Shown here piece after piece: positions 8,982 to 16,927 of a DNA stretch of 20,000 bases. The notes beneath the pieces are model-generated. The model saw only the letters and a program-made list of their open reading frames with translations. It was not told where the DNA came from and did not search any database. This stretch comes from an uncultured Ignavibacteriales bacterium (lineage in GTDB: Bacteria > Zixibacteria > MSB-5A5 > GN15 > FEB-12). The stretch covers positions 301,184 through 321,183 of the forward strand of contig CAYXJN010000005.1 of assembly GCA_964464605.1 (NCBI GenBank). Reading direction: 5' to 3'. Position numbers and translations under genes: made by a program. Every line of letters begins with the position of its first letter. Positions within the stretch are counted from its first letter, which is position 1.

Positions 8982-9779
8982 ATGAAACGCAGCAACACTC
9001 TTTCAGGCATGATGAAACGACGCGCCCTCTGCAGCGCGGCGTGCCTGGCCATGATTTTCATCACCAGCACGGCGAACGCAGCCGGATGGCATTTCTCATT
9101 CACACCTTACGCCTGGTTGACTGACATCAGTGTCGAAGGAAAGCTGGATGGGCGCACGGTTGTCGACGAAGAAATCTCGGTCGGTGATCTGATTGAGGAT
9201 CTCAAGACAACTTTTCAGGGAAGGTTTGAACTTCAGCATGGAGAATTCAGTGCGATGGTTGATCTGTTCGATGTCACGCTTGGCGATGAAGTTGCCGGCG
9301 TTGCGCTTCCGAACGGTGCCGGCAGCGCGGATCTCTCATCCGATATCGGCATGACACTGCTGGACATTGCCGCTACGTATGATCGCGGCGGTAACCATCA
9401 GGGGTTTTCGTTTCTTTATGGGACACGCCTGATCAACAATCGGTCTGAAATCGATGCGACTTTTCATCTTACTTCCGGTTCGGACGTTTCAGAAAGCTAC
9501 GATACAGATGAATGGCTCGCAGACATGCTCGTCGGAATGAGCTATACAAAGCGGTTCTCAAACCACTTTCTCTATCAGACAGAGGCTGATTTCTCGGTCG
9601 GGGGCACCGATTACACCTGGAGCCTCGGTCCGTCACTTACTTACGCTTTCGGTAAATACGGACGCTATGGCATCACTGCCGGGTATCGCCGGATGACAAT
9701 TAATTACGAGGAAGAAAACGACTTTGGTGCGCAAATGACGATGTCCGGCGCAGAGGTCAGTTTCCGCGCTTCATTCTAA
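8982..9779 (+). CDS. Outer-membrane beta-barrel protein of unknown function
   Basis: AAGGAG RBS and a signal peptide ending ANA-A. Mature start 'WHFSFTPYAW', alternating amphipathic strands, 'ITAGYR' and a C-terminal Phe (VSFRASF). Confidence 0.75.
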   Translation: MKRSNTLSGMMKRRALCSAACLAMIFITSTANAAGWHFSFTPYAWLTDISVEGKLDGRTVVDEEISVGDLIEDLKTTFQGRFELQHGEFSAMVDLFDVTLGDEVAGVALPNGAGSADLSSDIGMTLLDIAATYDRGGNHQGFSFLYGTRLINNRSEIDATFHLTSGSDVSESYDTDEWLADMLVGMSYTKRFSNHFLYQTEADFSVGGTDYTWSLGPSLTYAFGKYGRYGITAGYRRMTINYEEENDFGAQMTMSGAEVSFRASF

Positions 9780-9811
9780 CCGTGAGCAAGAATACAAAGG
9801 AGAATATAAGA

Positions 9812-10675
9812 ATGTCTGAGAAACTTATTAACCCCCGCCCAAACGCGTTAAATCGCATTGGGCGGGCAATTCTGAGGATGATTGGTGTGCATCCTTTCGA
9901 TACGGAAACGACAAGGTACGATCTTTGCAATAGCTCTGCGCTTTGCATCGCAACCAATCATGGTGTACTCGATATCGGTGTACCAACCGGCGTGTTCGGT
10001 TCGGAACTGACCGTACCATACTACTGCTTTCTCGATGCTGGAATGCAGGTCGATGTTGCCAGCCCTAAGGGTGGAATGATTCCCGTCGAACCGCTTTCAG
10101 TGAAAGAGATGCTTCGCACCGCAGAAGATGACCGGATGCTCGGCGATGACTTCTTCCGCGCAAAACTGACAAACTCACTCGCGATCGAAGCTGTCGACTT
10201 CACTGCCTACGATATTATCTATTTCGCAGGCGGTTGGGGTGCGGCCTTCGATCTCGGTCAATCTGAAATACTCGGTAAAAAAGTCAGTGAAGCGTTCGCG
10301 GCCGGACGGGTAATTGGCGGTATCTGTCACGGCCCGCTTGGCCTTTTGAAAGCCCGTCGCCCTGACGGTGAATTGCTCGTCAAAGGGCGCAGACTTACCG
10401 CTGTCACCGACCGCCAAGTGCAGCAGCTCGGTGTTTCGATCACGCCCCTGCATCCGGAATCGGCGCTTCGCGCTGCCGGCGCACAGTTCGAATGTAAACA
10501 CCACTCACTACGTGACTTTTTCGCGAATCACTTCGTCGTCGACGGCGACCTCATCACCGGCCAGAATCAAAATGCCGGACCGATGGTCGCTCGGTTGATG
10601 ATGAATCGTGTAATAGAAAAAAATCAATCCGTTCGCAGAGCAGATGTCTTTGCGGACCAAACAAAACTGTCATAA
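9812..10675 (+). CDS. DJ-1/PfpI (Hsp31-like, class I glutamine amidotransferase-like) protein
   Basis: 'GVFGSELTVPY' (catalytic Glu), 'VASPKGG', 'AGGWG', nucleophile elbow 'GICHGP' and 'ITGQN'. ATG 9812 follows AAGGAG, so it is preferred over GTG 9782. Confidence 0.88.
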   Translation: MSEKLINPRPNALNRIGRAILRMIGVHPFDTETTRYDLCNSSALCIATNHGVLDIGVPTGVFGSELTVPYYCFLDAGMQVDVASPKGGMIPVEPLSVKEMLRTAEDDRMLGDDFFRAKLTNSLAIEAVDFTAYDIIYFAGGWGAAFDLGQSEILGKKVSEAFAAGRVIGGICHGPLGLLKARRPDGELLVKGRRLTAVTDRQVQQLGVSITPLHPESALRAAGAQFECKHHSLRDFFANHFVVDGDLITGQNQNAGPMVARLMMNRVIEKNQSVRRADVFADQTKLS

Positions 10676-10711
10676 CACAAACGTATATTCTTGAAAGGAA
10701 AGAAAACGGTC

Positions 10712-12202
10712 ATGAAAACATTTAGCAGAATCCTCGTTTCGCTCGTCGCGATTACCTTCTTCGCAGTCGGGCTTGAATTTTGGATGGTTCCTGAGCAAGC
10801 AGCTCAACAGTTTGGAATCGAAGCAATCCGCGGCGTCGGCATTATGAATGTTCGCGCCGATCTGGGTGGTCTCTTTATCGGTATTGGCCTGTTGGCAGCG
10901 GCCGGCGCCTGGACTCGCCGTCGTGCGGGACTGGTAGCTGCTGCACTGATCCTCGGTGCAATTATTGTTGGCCGTACTGCCGGCTGGTTCATCGACGGCG
11001 AGATGGAAATCGGTGCCACTGAGCTGATTATTGAACTGCTAGCATTGGTTTCATTGATTCTGTTGGTAAAAAGTTTGGACGCCCCTTCCGCAAGTGAAGA
11101 GCATAGTGCACATCGCCCGCTCAAGATTGCGCTGAATACGCTTGCTGTCTTGGTCGTTGGCTCAGCGGTTGCCCTTCTGATTCCTTCGGTGCAGCAGGCA
11201 ATTTTCGACAAGGCCGCTGAGAAGATGTCTGCGCGAACTAATACTGCTCCACTTGTTGATGATGCGCTTCGCGTTGCAGTAGCCGGTTCTTCAGCGCCGC
11301 TTCCCAGCAAATCTCGCGCAAAGGCATCCGTTGTTGTCTTCGCTGGCGGGAAATTTTGGGTTGTAGATGCGGGTCCGGAATCTGTTGAGAATCTGGTTCT
11401 TTGGGGCATTCCGCTGTCTGAAATCGGGGGAGTACTGCTTACCCACTTTCATTCCGACCACATTGGTGATCTCGGTGAACTGCAGCTCCAGACCTGGGCT
11501 GGTGGTCGCAGGGAAAAACTTGCCGTCTATGGCGGTCCCGGTGTCGATCATGTTGTCGAAGGGTTCAACAGAGCCTACGATTTGGATCAGGGTTATCGCA
11601 CTGCCCATCACGGCGAAGAGGTGATGCCTTCTACGACCTGGGGAATGGTTGCGCACACCGTTACTCTTGATGGTCCCGCGACTCGGGCAAAGGATCGCAC
11701 TGCATTGGTTTATGATGACGGGTCACTTCGGATCACTGCAATCGAAGTTAACCATGCGCCGATCGAACCTGCTTATGCATTCCGTTTTGATTACAAAGGA
11801 CGTTCTGCTGTCATCACCGGAGATTTGACGTACCACCGGCCGCTTATTGCGAGTGCTATGAATGCGGATGTGCTCGTTTCAGAAGCGATCTCACGTACTA
11901 TGACACATTCACTCGAAGATGCTGCCCATGCGGTCGGCCGTGACCGTACGTCTGCGATCATGCATGATGTTCAGGACTACCATATCTCTCCTGAAGAGGC
12001 TGCGCAAATTGCGAATGACGCGGACGTCAAGCTGCTTGTGTACTATCACTTGCTTCCGGCTCCGGACGGTTTCCTTGCCCGCCGCTTGTTCTCTAACGGC
12101 GTCAATGATGTCAGAAAAGGGGACTGGACAATGGCCGAAGACGGCAGCCTCTACACCCTTCCACTCGGTTCGGATAACGTCCGCATCGGTCGCATTGAAT
12201 AA
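10712..12202 (+). CDS. Fusion of an N-terminal 4-TM DUF4345-like domain, a TM linker and an RNase Z/AtsA-type metallo-beta-lactamase-fold hydrolase
   Basis: MBL motifs 'VDAG', 'THFHSDHIGD', 'VNHAP', 'TGD', 'DYH' and 'YYHL'. The N-terminus has 'RADLGGLFIGIG' and 'GR...G' typical of DUF4345. ATG 10712 preferred over TTG 10691. Confidence 0.82.
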   Translation: MKTFSRILVSLVAITFFAVGLEFWMVPEQAAQQFGIEAIRGVGIMNVRADLGGLFIGIGLLAAAGAWTRRRAGLVAAALILGAIIVGRTAGWFIDGEMEIGATELIIELLALVSLILLVKSLDAPSASEEHSAHRPLKIALNTLAVLVVGSAVALLIPSVQQAIFDKAAEKMSARTNTAPLVDDALRVAVAGSSAPLPSKSRAKASVVVFAGGKFWVVDAGPESVENLVLWGIPLSEIGGVLLTHFHSDHIGDLGELQLQTWAGGRREKLAVYGGPGVDHVVEGFNRAYDLDQGYRTAHHGEEVMPSTTWGMVAHTVTLDGPATRAKDRTALVYDDGSLRITAIEVNHAPIEPAYAFRFDYKGRSAVITGDLTYHRPLIASAMNADVLVSEAISRTMTHSLEDAAHAVGRDRTSAIMHDVQDYHISPEEAAQIANDADVKLLVYYHLLPAPDGFLARRLFSNGVNDVRKGDWTMAEDGSLYTLPLGSDNVRIGRIE

Positions 12203-12215
12203 AGAGGAGAGTGAT

Positions 12216-12262
12216 GAAAACGAACCGGTCGATCTGCGAGAAGTTAGCGCGCGATCGACCGG
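12216..12262 (-). terminator. Stem-loop, probable intrinsic terminator with U-tract on the - strand
   Basis: CCGGTCGATC (12225-12234) and GATCGACCGG (12253-12262) form a perfect 10-bp stem. On the - strand it is followed by TTCGTTTTC; on the + strand it is followed by A's. Confidence 0.5.
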
Positions 12263-12371
12263 AAAAGATGACGTACTTCCCGGTGATGCAAGTTTTAGCA
12301 AGAATGCTTTTGTGAATAATTTATTGAAGAACATTCTGTGATCTGAAAGAACTCTCTTTGTCTCAAGAAAG

Positions 12372-12389
12372 TTGCTCCCCCAACAGGAC
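12372..12389 (+). repeat. Degenerate direct repeat of the tRNA-Asn 3' end (putative att site)
   Basis: TTGCTCCC-CCAA-CAGGAC versus TTGCTCCC-GAGG-CAGGAC at 19944-19961: 14/18 identical, same orientation. Confidence 0.55.
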
Positions 12390-12556
12390 GTTCTTAGAAC
12401 TTTTGAGGGATTCATTAAGTATATTTTAGCTGCTTGACTATCTCAGGGTATGAGATCCACCACATGCGTTTCGCAACTGGACTCTCGAATTTGCCGCTTG
12501 AGATTCTTTTGCCGAAACATAAATCCCAGGATCATGCTTCGCAAGTATGACCTCCT

Positions 12557-12578
12557 GATTGTGACAAGAGTAACAATC
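12557..12578. promoter_or_regulatory. CRP/Rex-like palindrome
   Basis: GATTGTGAC-AAGA-GTAACAATC has 8/9 arm symmetry. Its core TGTGA-N6-TAACA matches CRP TGTGA-N6-TCACA at 9/10. Confidence 0.35.
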
Positions 12579-12649
12579 GGTGGTTGATTGAAAGTGACCG
12601 TCAATGGGGCAAAAATAAAAGTCTTTCATAAAAGCACTCAATCTTGTAA

Positions 12650-12680
12650 GGTTTGGTATAACTTATAGTTATACCAAACC
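12650..12680. promoter_or_regulatory. Perfect 14-bp inverted repeat, probable operator
   Basis: GGTTTGGTATAACT-TAT-AGTTATACCAAACC lies in AT-rich intergenic DNA about 150 bp upstream of the cytochrome cluster. Confidence 0.55.
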
Positions 12681-12832
12681 AACTACGACTCGCTTAGTCC
12701 TGTTTTTACCATAAATTCCTTCTGCTTTTAGGTCGATAATATTGAGATGAAGATTAGATATGCATATCTGCCGTGTGGCGGCAGGCTTCTCTCATAAGAA
12801 CGAGTCGGGAAATAGGAGAATGTCCTTTGCCT

Positions 12833-13777
12833 ATGAGTATGGACCGTGCATCCGCAGTCAACATGCCCCAGTCATCTATGAGTGGTTCAACTAATGTGCA
12901 GAAACAGCGACAACATCGCTGGGTGTCATGGTGCATCTACCTGATTTCCATTTGCCTGCTCACTTGGTTATTTGTTGATGGAGCGTCATATTATTTGACT
13001 CCTTATAATGAACGGCCATTTCACCCGGACTATCGCGAACTTCGTCCGGCCGGGTCACGCGGACTTATGTTTGGAATAATCGGAGCGAGCATGATGGTAC
13101 TCATGCTTATTTATTCGGTCAGAAAACGGACGAAGGCACTTGGCGGCAAAATCCCGCTTCGGAGCATGCTCAATGTCCACATATACTGCGGGATCATAGG
13201 CCCGCTCTTTATTGTGCTGCATACATCGTTCAAAGTTCAGGGATTAGTTGCCGTCAGTTTCTGGTCCATGGTTGCGGTTGCCTTAAGCGGTTTCTTCGGT
13301 CGGTATCTTTATTCGCAGATTCCAAGAAACATCCAGGGAAATGAGCTTGGCCTGAAAGAAATCGAACAGGAAAGCACAGCGATGACGAAGACTCTTAAAA
13401 CTCGCTTCAATCTTGATGATCCGATCCTTCAACAGATAGAATCGATCTTCTCACGAGAGTTAATTCACACCCAGCGCGGCACCATCAGGTCTATCGTGAC
13501 TCTCATGTTCGATGATCTTATTCGACCATTCACGCGACGAAGTCTTTGGAGAAAGCTGCGAAGAATAATCATCTTACCCAAGTTGCAATTCCAGGATTTG
13601 TTTGAACTATCTTTCAAGCGGACGCTTTTGCGGAGGCGACTTGCCGCCCTGGCGAATGTTCAAAAGCTCTTTCACTACTGGCATGTTATCCATAAACCGT
13701 TCGCGATTATTATGTATCTCATTATGTTTGTGCATATCGGCGTTGCCTTATGGATGGGGTACGCTTGGTTCAACTGA
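12833..13777 (+). CDS. Inner-membrane protein with conserved-looking TM histidines (ferric-reductase/cytochrome b-like); start codon uncertain (12773-12878)
   Basis: About 5-6 hydrophobic segments, 'YSVRKR', and His in or near helices (NVHIYCG, VLHTSFK, YWHVIHKP, FVHIG). A basic soluble loop is present. First gene of the multihaem cluster. Confidence 0.72.
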   Translation: MSMDRASAVNMPQSSMSGSTNVQKQRQHRWVSWCIYLISICLLTWLFVDGASYYLTPYNERPFHPDYRELRPAGSRGLMFGIIGASMMVLMLIYSVRKRTKALGGKIPLRSMLNVHIYCGIIGPLFIVLHTSFKVQGLVAVSFWSMVAVALSGFFGRYLYSQIPRNIQGNELGLKEIEQESTAMTKTLKTRFNLDDPILQQIESIFSRELIHTQRGTIRSIVTLMFDDLIRPFTRRSLWRKLRRIIILPKLQFQDLFELSFKRTLLRRRLAALANVQKLFHYWHVIHKPFAIIMYLIMFVHIGVALWMGYAWFN

Positions 13778-13790
13778 ATACAGGTTCAAC

Positions 13791-15467
13791 ATGAACTTTC
13801 GGAATATCGGAGTTCTGGTCATGATGTTGCTTTTGTCTGAAGTAGCAGTCGTACAGGCACAACTCTCGCCGGGTGAATTGCACAAATCGCATGCCTTTCT
13901 GGACGGCGTTGAGAATTGTACTAAGTGCCATGGCACCGATCAAAAATTGGTAGCAGACAATTGCCTCAAATGCCATGCGACTATCGGCGAAGAGCTTGTA
14001 TCTCAAACCGGGCTGCATGGAAAACAGCAATATAAAGACTGTCAGCTCTGTCATGTCGAGCATCATGGGCGCGACTTTGCTCTGATTCACTGGAAAGAAG
14101 GGGAATTGAATTTTGATCACTCGCTTACCGGCTATAGGCTGGAAGGGAAGCATGCATCAATTGATTGCCGATCCTGTCATCAAAAGAAGCTCCTTGTTGC
14201 GGCGTCGAAGCTGTTAGAACAAAAAATCACTCTCGCAAAAACCTTTCTGGGCTTGAGCAACGAATGCAAGAACTGCCACTTTGATGAACATCGCGGACAA
14301 TTGAATGAAACCTGCGGCAACTGCCATTCAAGTGATGACTGGAAACCGACGAAAGGGTTTGATCATGCAAAGACAGTATTTCCATTGGTCGGAAAGCATG
14401 CAGATGTTTTCTGCGCAAAGTGCCATCTCACGCAATCGGATGGTTCAACATCAGATGACGGGCAGTTCGCTAAATTCACTAAAATAGCGCATGATCAGTG
14501 CACCGACTGCCATACCGACGTACACAACGGAAAGCTCGGAGCAAACTGCATGAATTGCCACAGTGTGGATGGCTGGCATGTTGCCAACCGAGCCGAATTC
14601 GATCATAGCAAAACGAGATATCCGCTTAACGGAAAACATGCGGCGGTTGCTTGCGATAAATGCCATATCCCGGGAAAAGAGCGAGGGAAACTGAAGTTTG
14701 AAAAATGTCAGGATTGCCACGCCGATTTTCACAAGGGAGAGTTTGCCTCAAGAAATTCAAAAGGAGCCTGTGAGGAATGCCACACGGTCGGCGGATTTTC
14801 TCCTTCACTGTTTACCATTGCGCTGCATGAGGAGAGCAAGTATCCGTTGCGTGGCGCACATCAGGCCGTTCCCTGCATAGCTTGCCATGTTGAGCCGACC
14901 AAGGGAACACAAAAGAAAAATCTTCATTTCGAATTTGCATCGACACAGTGCTTCGCTTGTCACAAAGACCCGCACCGGGGAGAAGTTACTAAATATGTCG
15001 ATGAAAGCGGATGCGAGTTCTGTCACAGCGTAGATAGCTGGCAGCTTATTAACTTTGCTCATGGCATAACAAAGTTTGGGCTTGAGGGTAAGCATGCTGA
15101 TGTCTCCTGTAGAAAATGCCATACCTCTGACATGAATGGCCTGTCACAACTAACTTTTGTAAGCGCGCTGGAGGATTGTCAGAGTTGTCATACCGATACT
15201 CATGCCGGACAGTTCGCTTCCAACGATGTGGGAGGCGCTGATTGTCAGCGATGCCATTCACCGAGATCATGGAAACAACTTACGTTTGAACATAACCGCG
15301 ATTCCAAATTCAAACTTGAAGGGGCGCATCAGAAGGTCCCATGTACTAAGTGCCATACGCAAAGAACAGAACAAGAACCTCGGACTATAGTATACAAACC
15401 GCTTGCGATAACCTGCGCTTCCTGCCATGGAACCAATAACCTCATGGACAAAGAGAAGGAATCATGA
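13791..15467 (+). CDS. Secreted multihaem cytochrome c, 20 CxxCH (558 aa)
   Basis: Signal peptide MNFRNIGVLVMMLLLSEVAVVQA-Q. 20 CxxCH counted by hand, in trihaem repeats FDH-x4-(F/Y)xLxGxH-x4-CxxCH...CxxCH-xDxHxG...CxxCH. Start ATG 13791, not 13602. Confidence 0.93.
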   Translation: MNFRNIGVLVMMLLLSEVAVVQAQLSPGELHKSHAFLDGVENCTKCHGTDQKLVADNCLKCHATIGEELVSQTGLHGKQQYKDCQLCHVEHHGRDFALIHWKEGELNFDHSLTGYRLEGKHASIDCRSCHQKKLLVAASKLLEQKITLAKTFLGLSNECKNCHFDEHRGQLNETCGNCHSSDDWKPTKGFDHAKTVFPLVGKHADVFCAKCHLTQSDGSTSDDGQFAKFTKIAHDQCTDCHTDVHNGKLGANCMNCHSVDGWHVANRAEFDHSKTRYPLNGKHAAVACDKCHIPGKERGKLKFEKCQDCHADFHKGEFASRNSKGACEECHTVGGFSPSLFTIALHEESKYPLRGAHQAVPCIACHVEPTKGTQKKNLHFEFASTQCFACHKDPHRGEVTKYVDESGCEFCHSVDSWQLINFAHGITKFGLEGKHADVSCRKCHTSDMNGLSQLTFVSALEDCQSCHTDTHAGQFASNDVGGADCQRCHSPRSWKQLTFEHNRDSKFKLEGAHQKVPCTKCHTQRTEQEPRTIVYKPLAITCASCHGTNNLMDKEKES

Positions 15468-16927
15468 GAAAGTTACTTTTGTTCATTCCAGTGATGATGC
15501 TTGTCGGTACCGGCGTTATTCTCAGTCAGTCGTCAACGACCAACCCGCATGGCAATCTGAAATGGGATTGTCAGGACTGCCATACGTCGGAATCATGGTC
15601 GTCATTGCGAAAGTATATAGCGTTTGATCATGACGAAACCGGATTTCATCTGACCGGAGCTCATGAAACGGCGAATTGCATCGGCTGTCACAAGAGTCTC
15701 GAATTCAGCCATGTCGGTGTTGCCTGTGTCGATTGTCATACTGATCAACATGAGGGACAACTTGGTCTCGCCTGTCAGAACTGCCATACTCCCCGGAATT
15801 GGGAGAACCGGAAAGACATATTGGAACTACATGCACAGAAGGGTTTCGCGTTGACTGGAGTGCATGCCGTCGCCGATTGCGAGTCATGTCATCGTGGAAG
15901 CTCGAGTCAGGATTATGCCGGAACGCCGATGAATTGCATCGACTGTCATACCACCGAATTTACCGCTACTACCAATCCGAGCCACACTCTCGCCGGATTT
16001 CAAACTGATTGTCAGCAGTGTCATCATACGGCTTCAGGAACATGGCAAAATGCAACATACGCTCATACCGCTCTATTCCCATTGACAGGTGGTCACCGTA
16101 TCACCGACTGTAATTCCTGTCATGCTACAACCTATGCCGGTATAGCCACTGATTGCTACGCTTGTCATAGTTCGGAGTTCGCAGCTACCAGCGATCCGGA
16201 TCATGAACAGGGAGGCTTCGATCATGATTGTGCGCTCTGCCACAATACAAACCGATGGGAACCGGCAAACTTTGACCACAGCGTGAGCGGTTTCCCGTTA
16301 ACTGGTCGTCACGTTTCAGTTTCCTGTAATTCCTGTCACGCTTCCGGTTATACAGGAACGCCATCGGATTGCTATGCTTGTCATCAATCCGACTTTCAGA
16401 ATGCTTCTGATCCGAACCATGTGCAGGCAAACTTTGATCAGGACTGCACAAGTTGTCACTCTACGAATGGCTGGACGCCATCCTCGTTCGAACATAACAA
16501 CACAAGCTTTCCGCTCACAGGCCGGCATGTGACTGCTTCCTGTATATCCTGCCATGCATTTGGCTACTCCGGAACGCAGTCAGCTTGTTTCGCCTGCCAT
16601 CAGTCTGATTACGACGGCACCACTGATCCGAATCATGTCTCTGCTAATTTCCCGAATGATTGCCTGAGTTGCCACACAACATCAGGCTGGACGCCTTCGA
16701 CTTGGGATCATGATGCACAATACTTTCCAATTTATTCAGGCACACACAGAAATGAGTGGAACGATTGTTCCGACTGTCATGTGCAGCCTGCAAATTATGC
16801 AGTTTTCGAATGTATTGATTGCCACCAGCATTCACGAACTGAAACGGACAATCATCACAATGAGGTTAACAACTACCAGTATCTAAGTACCGCTTGCTAT
16901 AGCTGTCATCCGAGAGGTACCCACTGA
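15464..16927 (+). CDS. Secreted multihaem cytochrome c, 19 CxxCH (487 aa)
   Basis: Signal peptide MRKLLLFIPVMMLVGTGVILS-Q. 19 CxxCH counted by hand, in the same repeat family as the upstream gene. ATGA overlap with the upstream cytochrome. Confidence 0.94.
   Translation: MRKLLLFIPVMMLVGTGVILSQSSTTNPHGNLKWDCQDCHTSESWSSLRKYIAFDHDETGFHLTGAHETANCIGCHKSLEFSHVGVACVDCHTDQHEGQLGLACQNCHTPRNWENRKDILELHAQKGFALTGVHAVADCESCHRGSSSQDYAGTPMNCIDCHTTEFTATTNPSHTLAGFQTDCQQCHHTASGTWQNATYAHTALFPLTGGHRITDCNSCHATTYAGIATDCYACHSSEFAATSDPDHEQGGFDHDCALCHNTNRWEPANFDHSVSGFPLTGRHVSVSCNSCHASGYTGTPSDCYACHQSDFQNASDPNHVQANFDQDCTSCHSTNGWTPSSFEHNNTSFPLTGRHVTASCISCHAFGYSGTQSACFACHQSDYDGTTDPNHVSANFPNDCLSCHTTSGWTPSTWDHDAQYFPIYSGTHRNEWNDCSDCHVQPANYAVFECIDCHQHSRTETDNHHNEVNNYQYLSTACYSCHPRGTH
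16058..16702 (+). repeat. Intragenic tandem repeats of the trihaem unit (213, 216 and 216 bp)
   Basis: Units start at 16058 (YAH), 16271 (FDH) and 16487 (FEH), and the next starts at 16703 (WDH). They share FPLTGxH, CxSCH, CxACH, DPxH and a Trp. Confidence 0.85.

Noticed and set aside
11909..12415. 168-aa - strand ORF and 140-aa + strand ORF (11919-12341)
   Set aside because: Both overlap the MBL gene, have no recognisable motifs and run through the hairpin and att region; they are probably shadow ORFs.
12587..12605. FNR box upstream of the cytochrome cluster
   Set aside because: ATTGA-N9-TCAAT has the wrong spacing for TTGAT-N4-ATCAA.
13602..13790. 63-aa N-terminal extension of the 20-haem cytochrome
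   Set aside because: It overlaps the upstream membrane gene, and the signal peptide starts at ATG 13791.
16058..16702. CRISPR or non-coding tandem array
   Set aside because: The periodicity is in-frame protein repeat with synonymous divergence, and there are no identical short repeats with spacers anywhere in the window.
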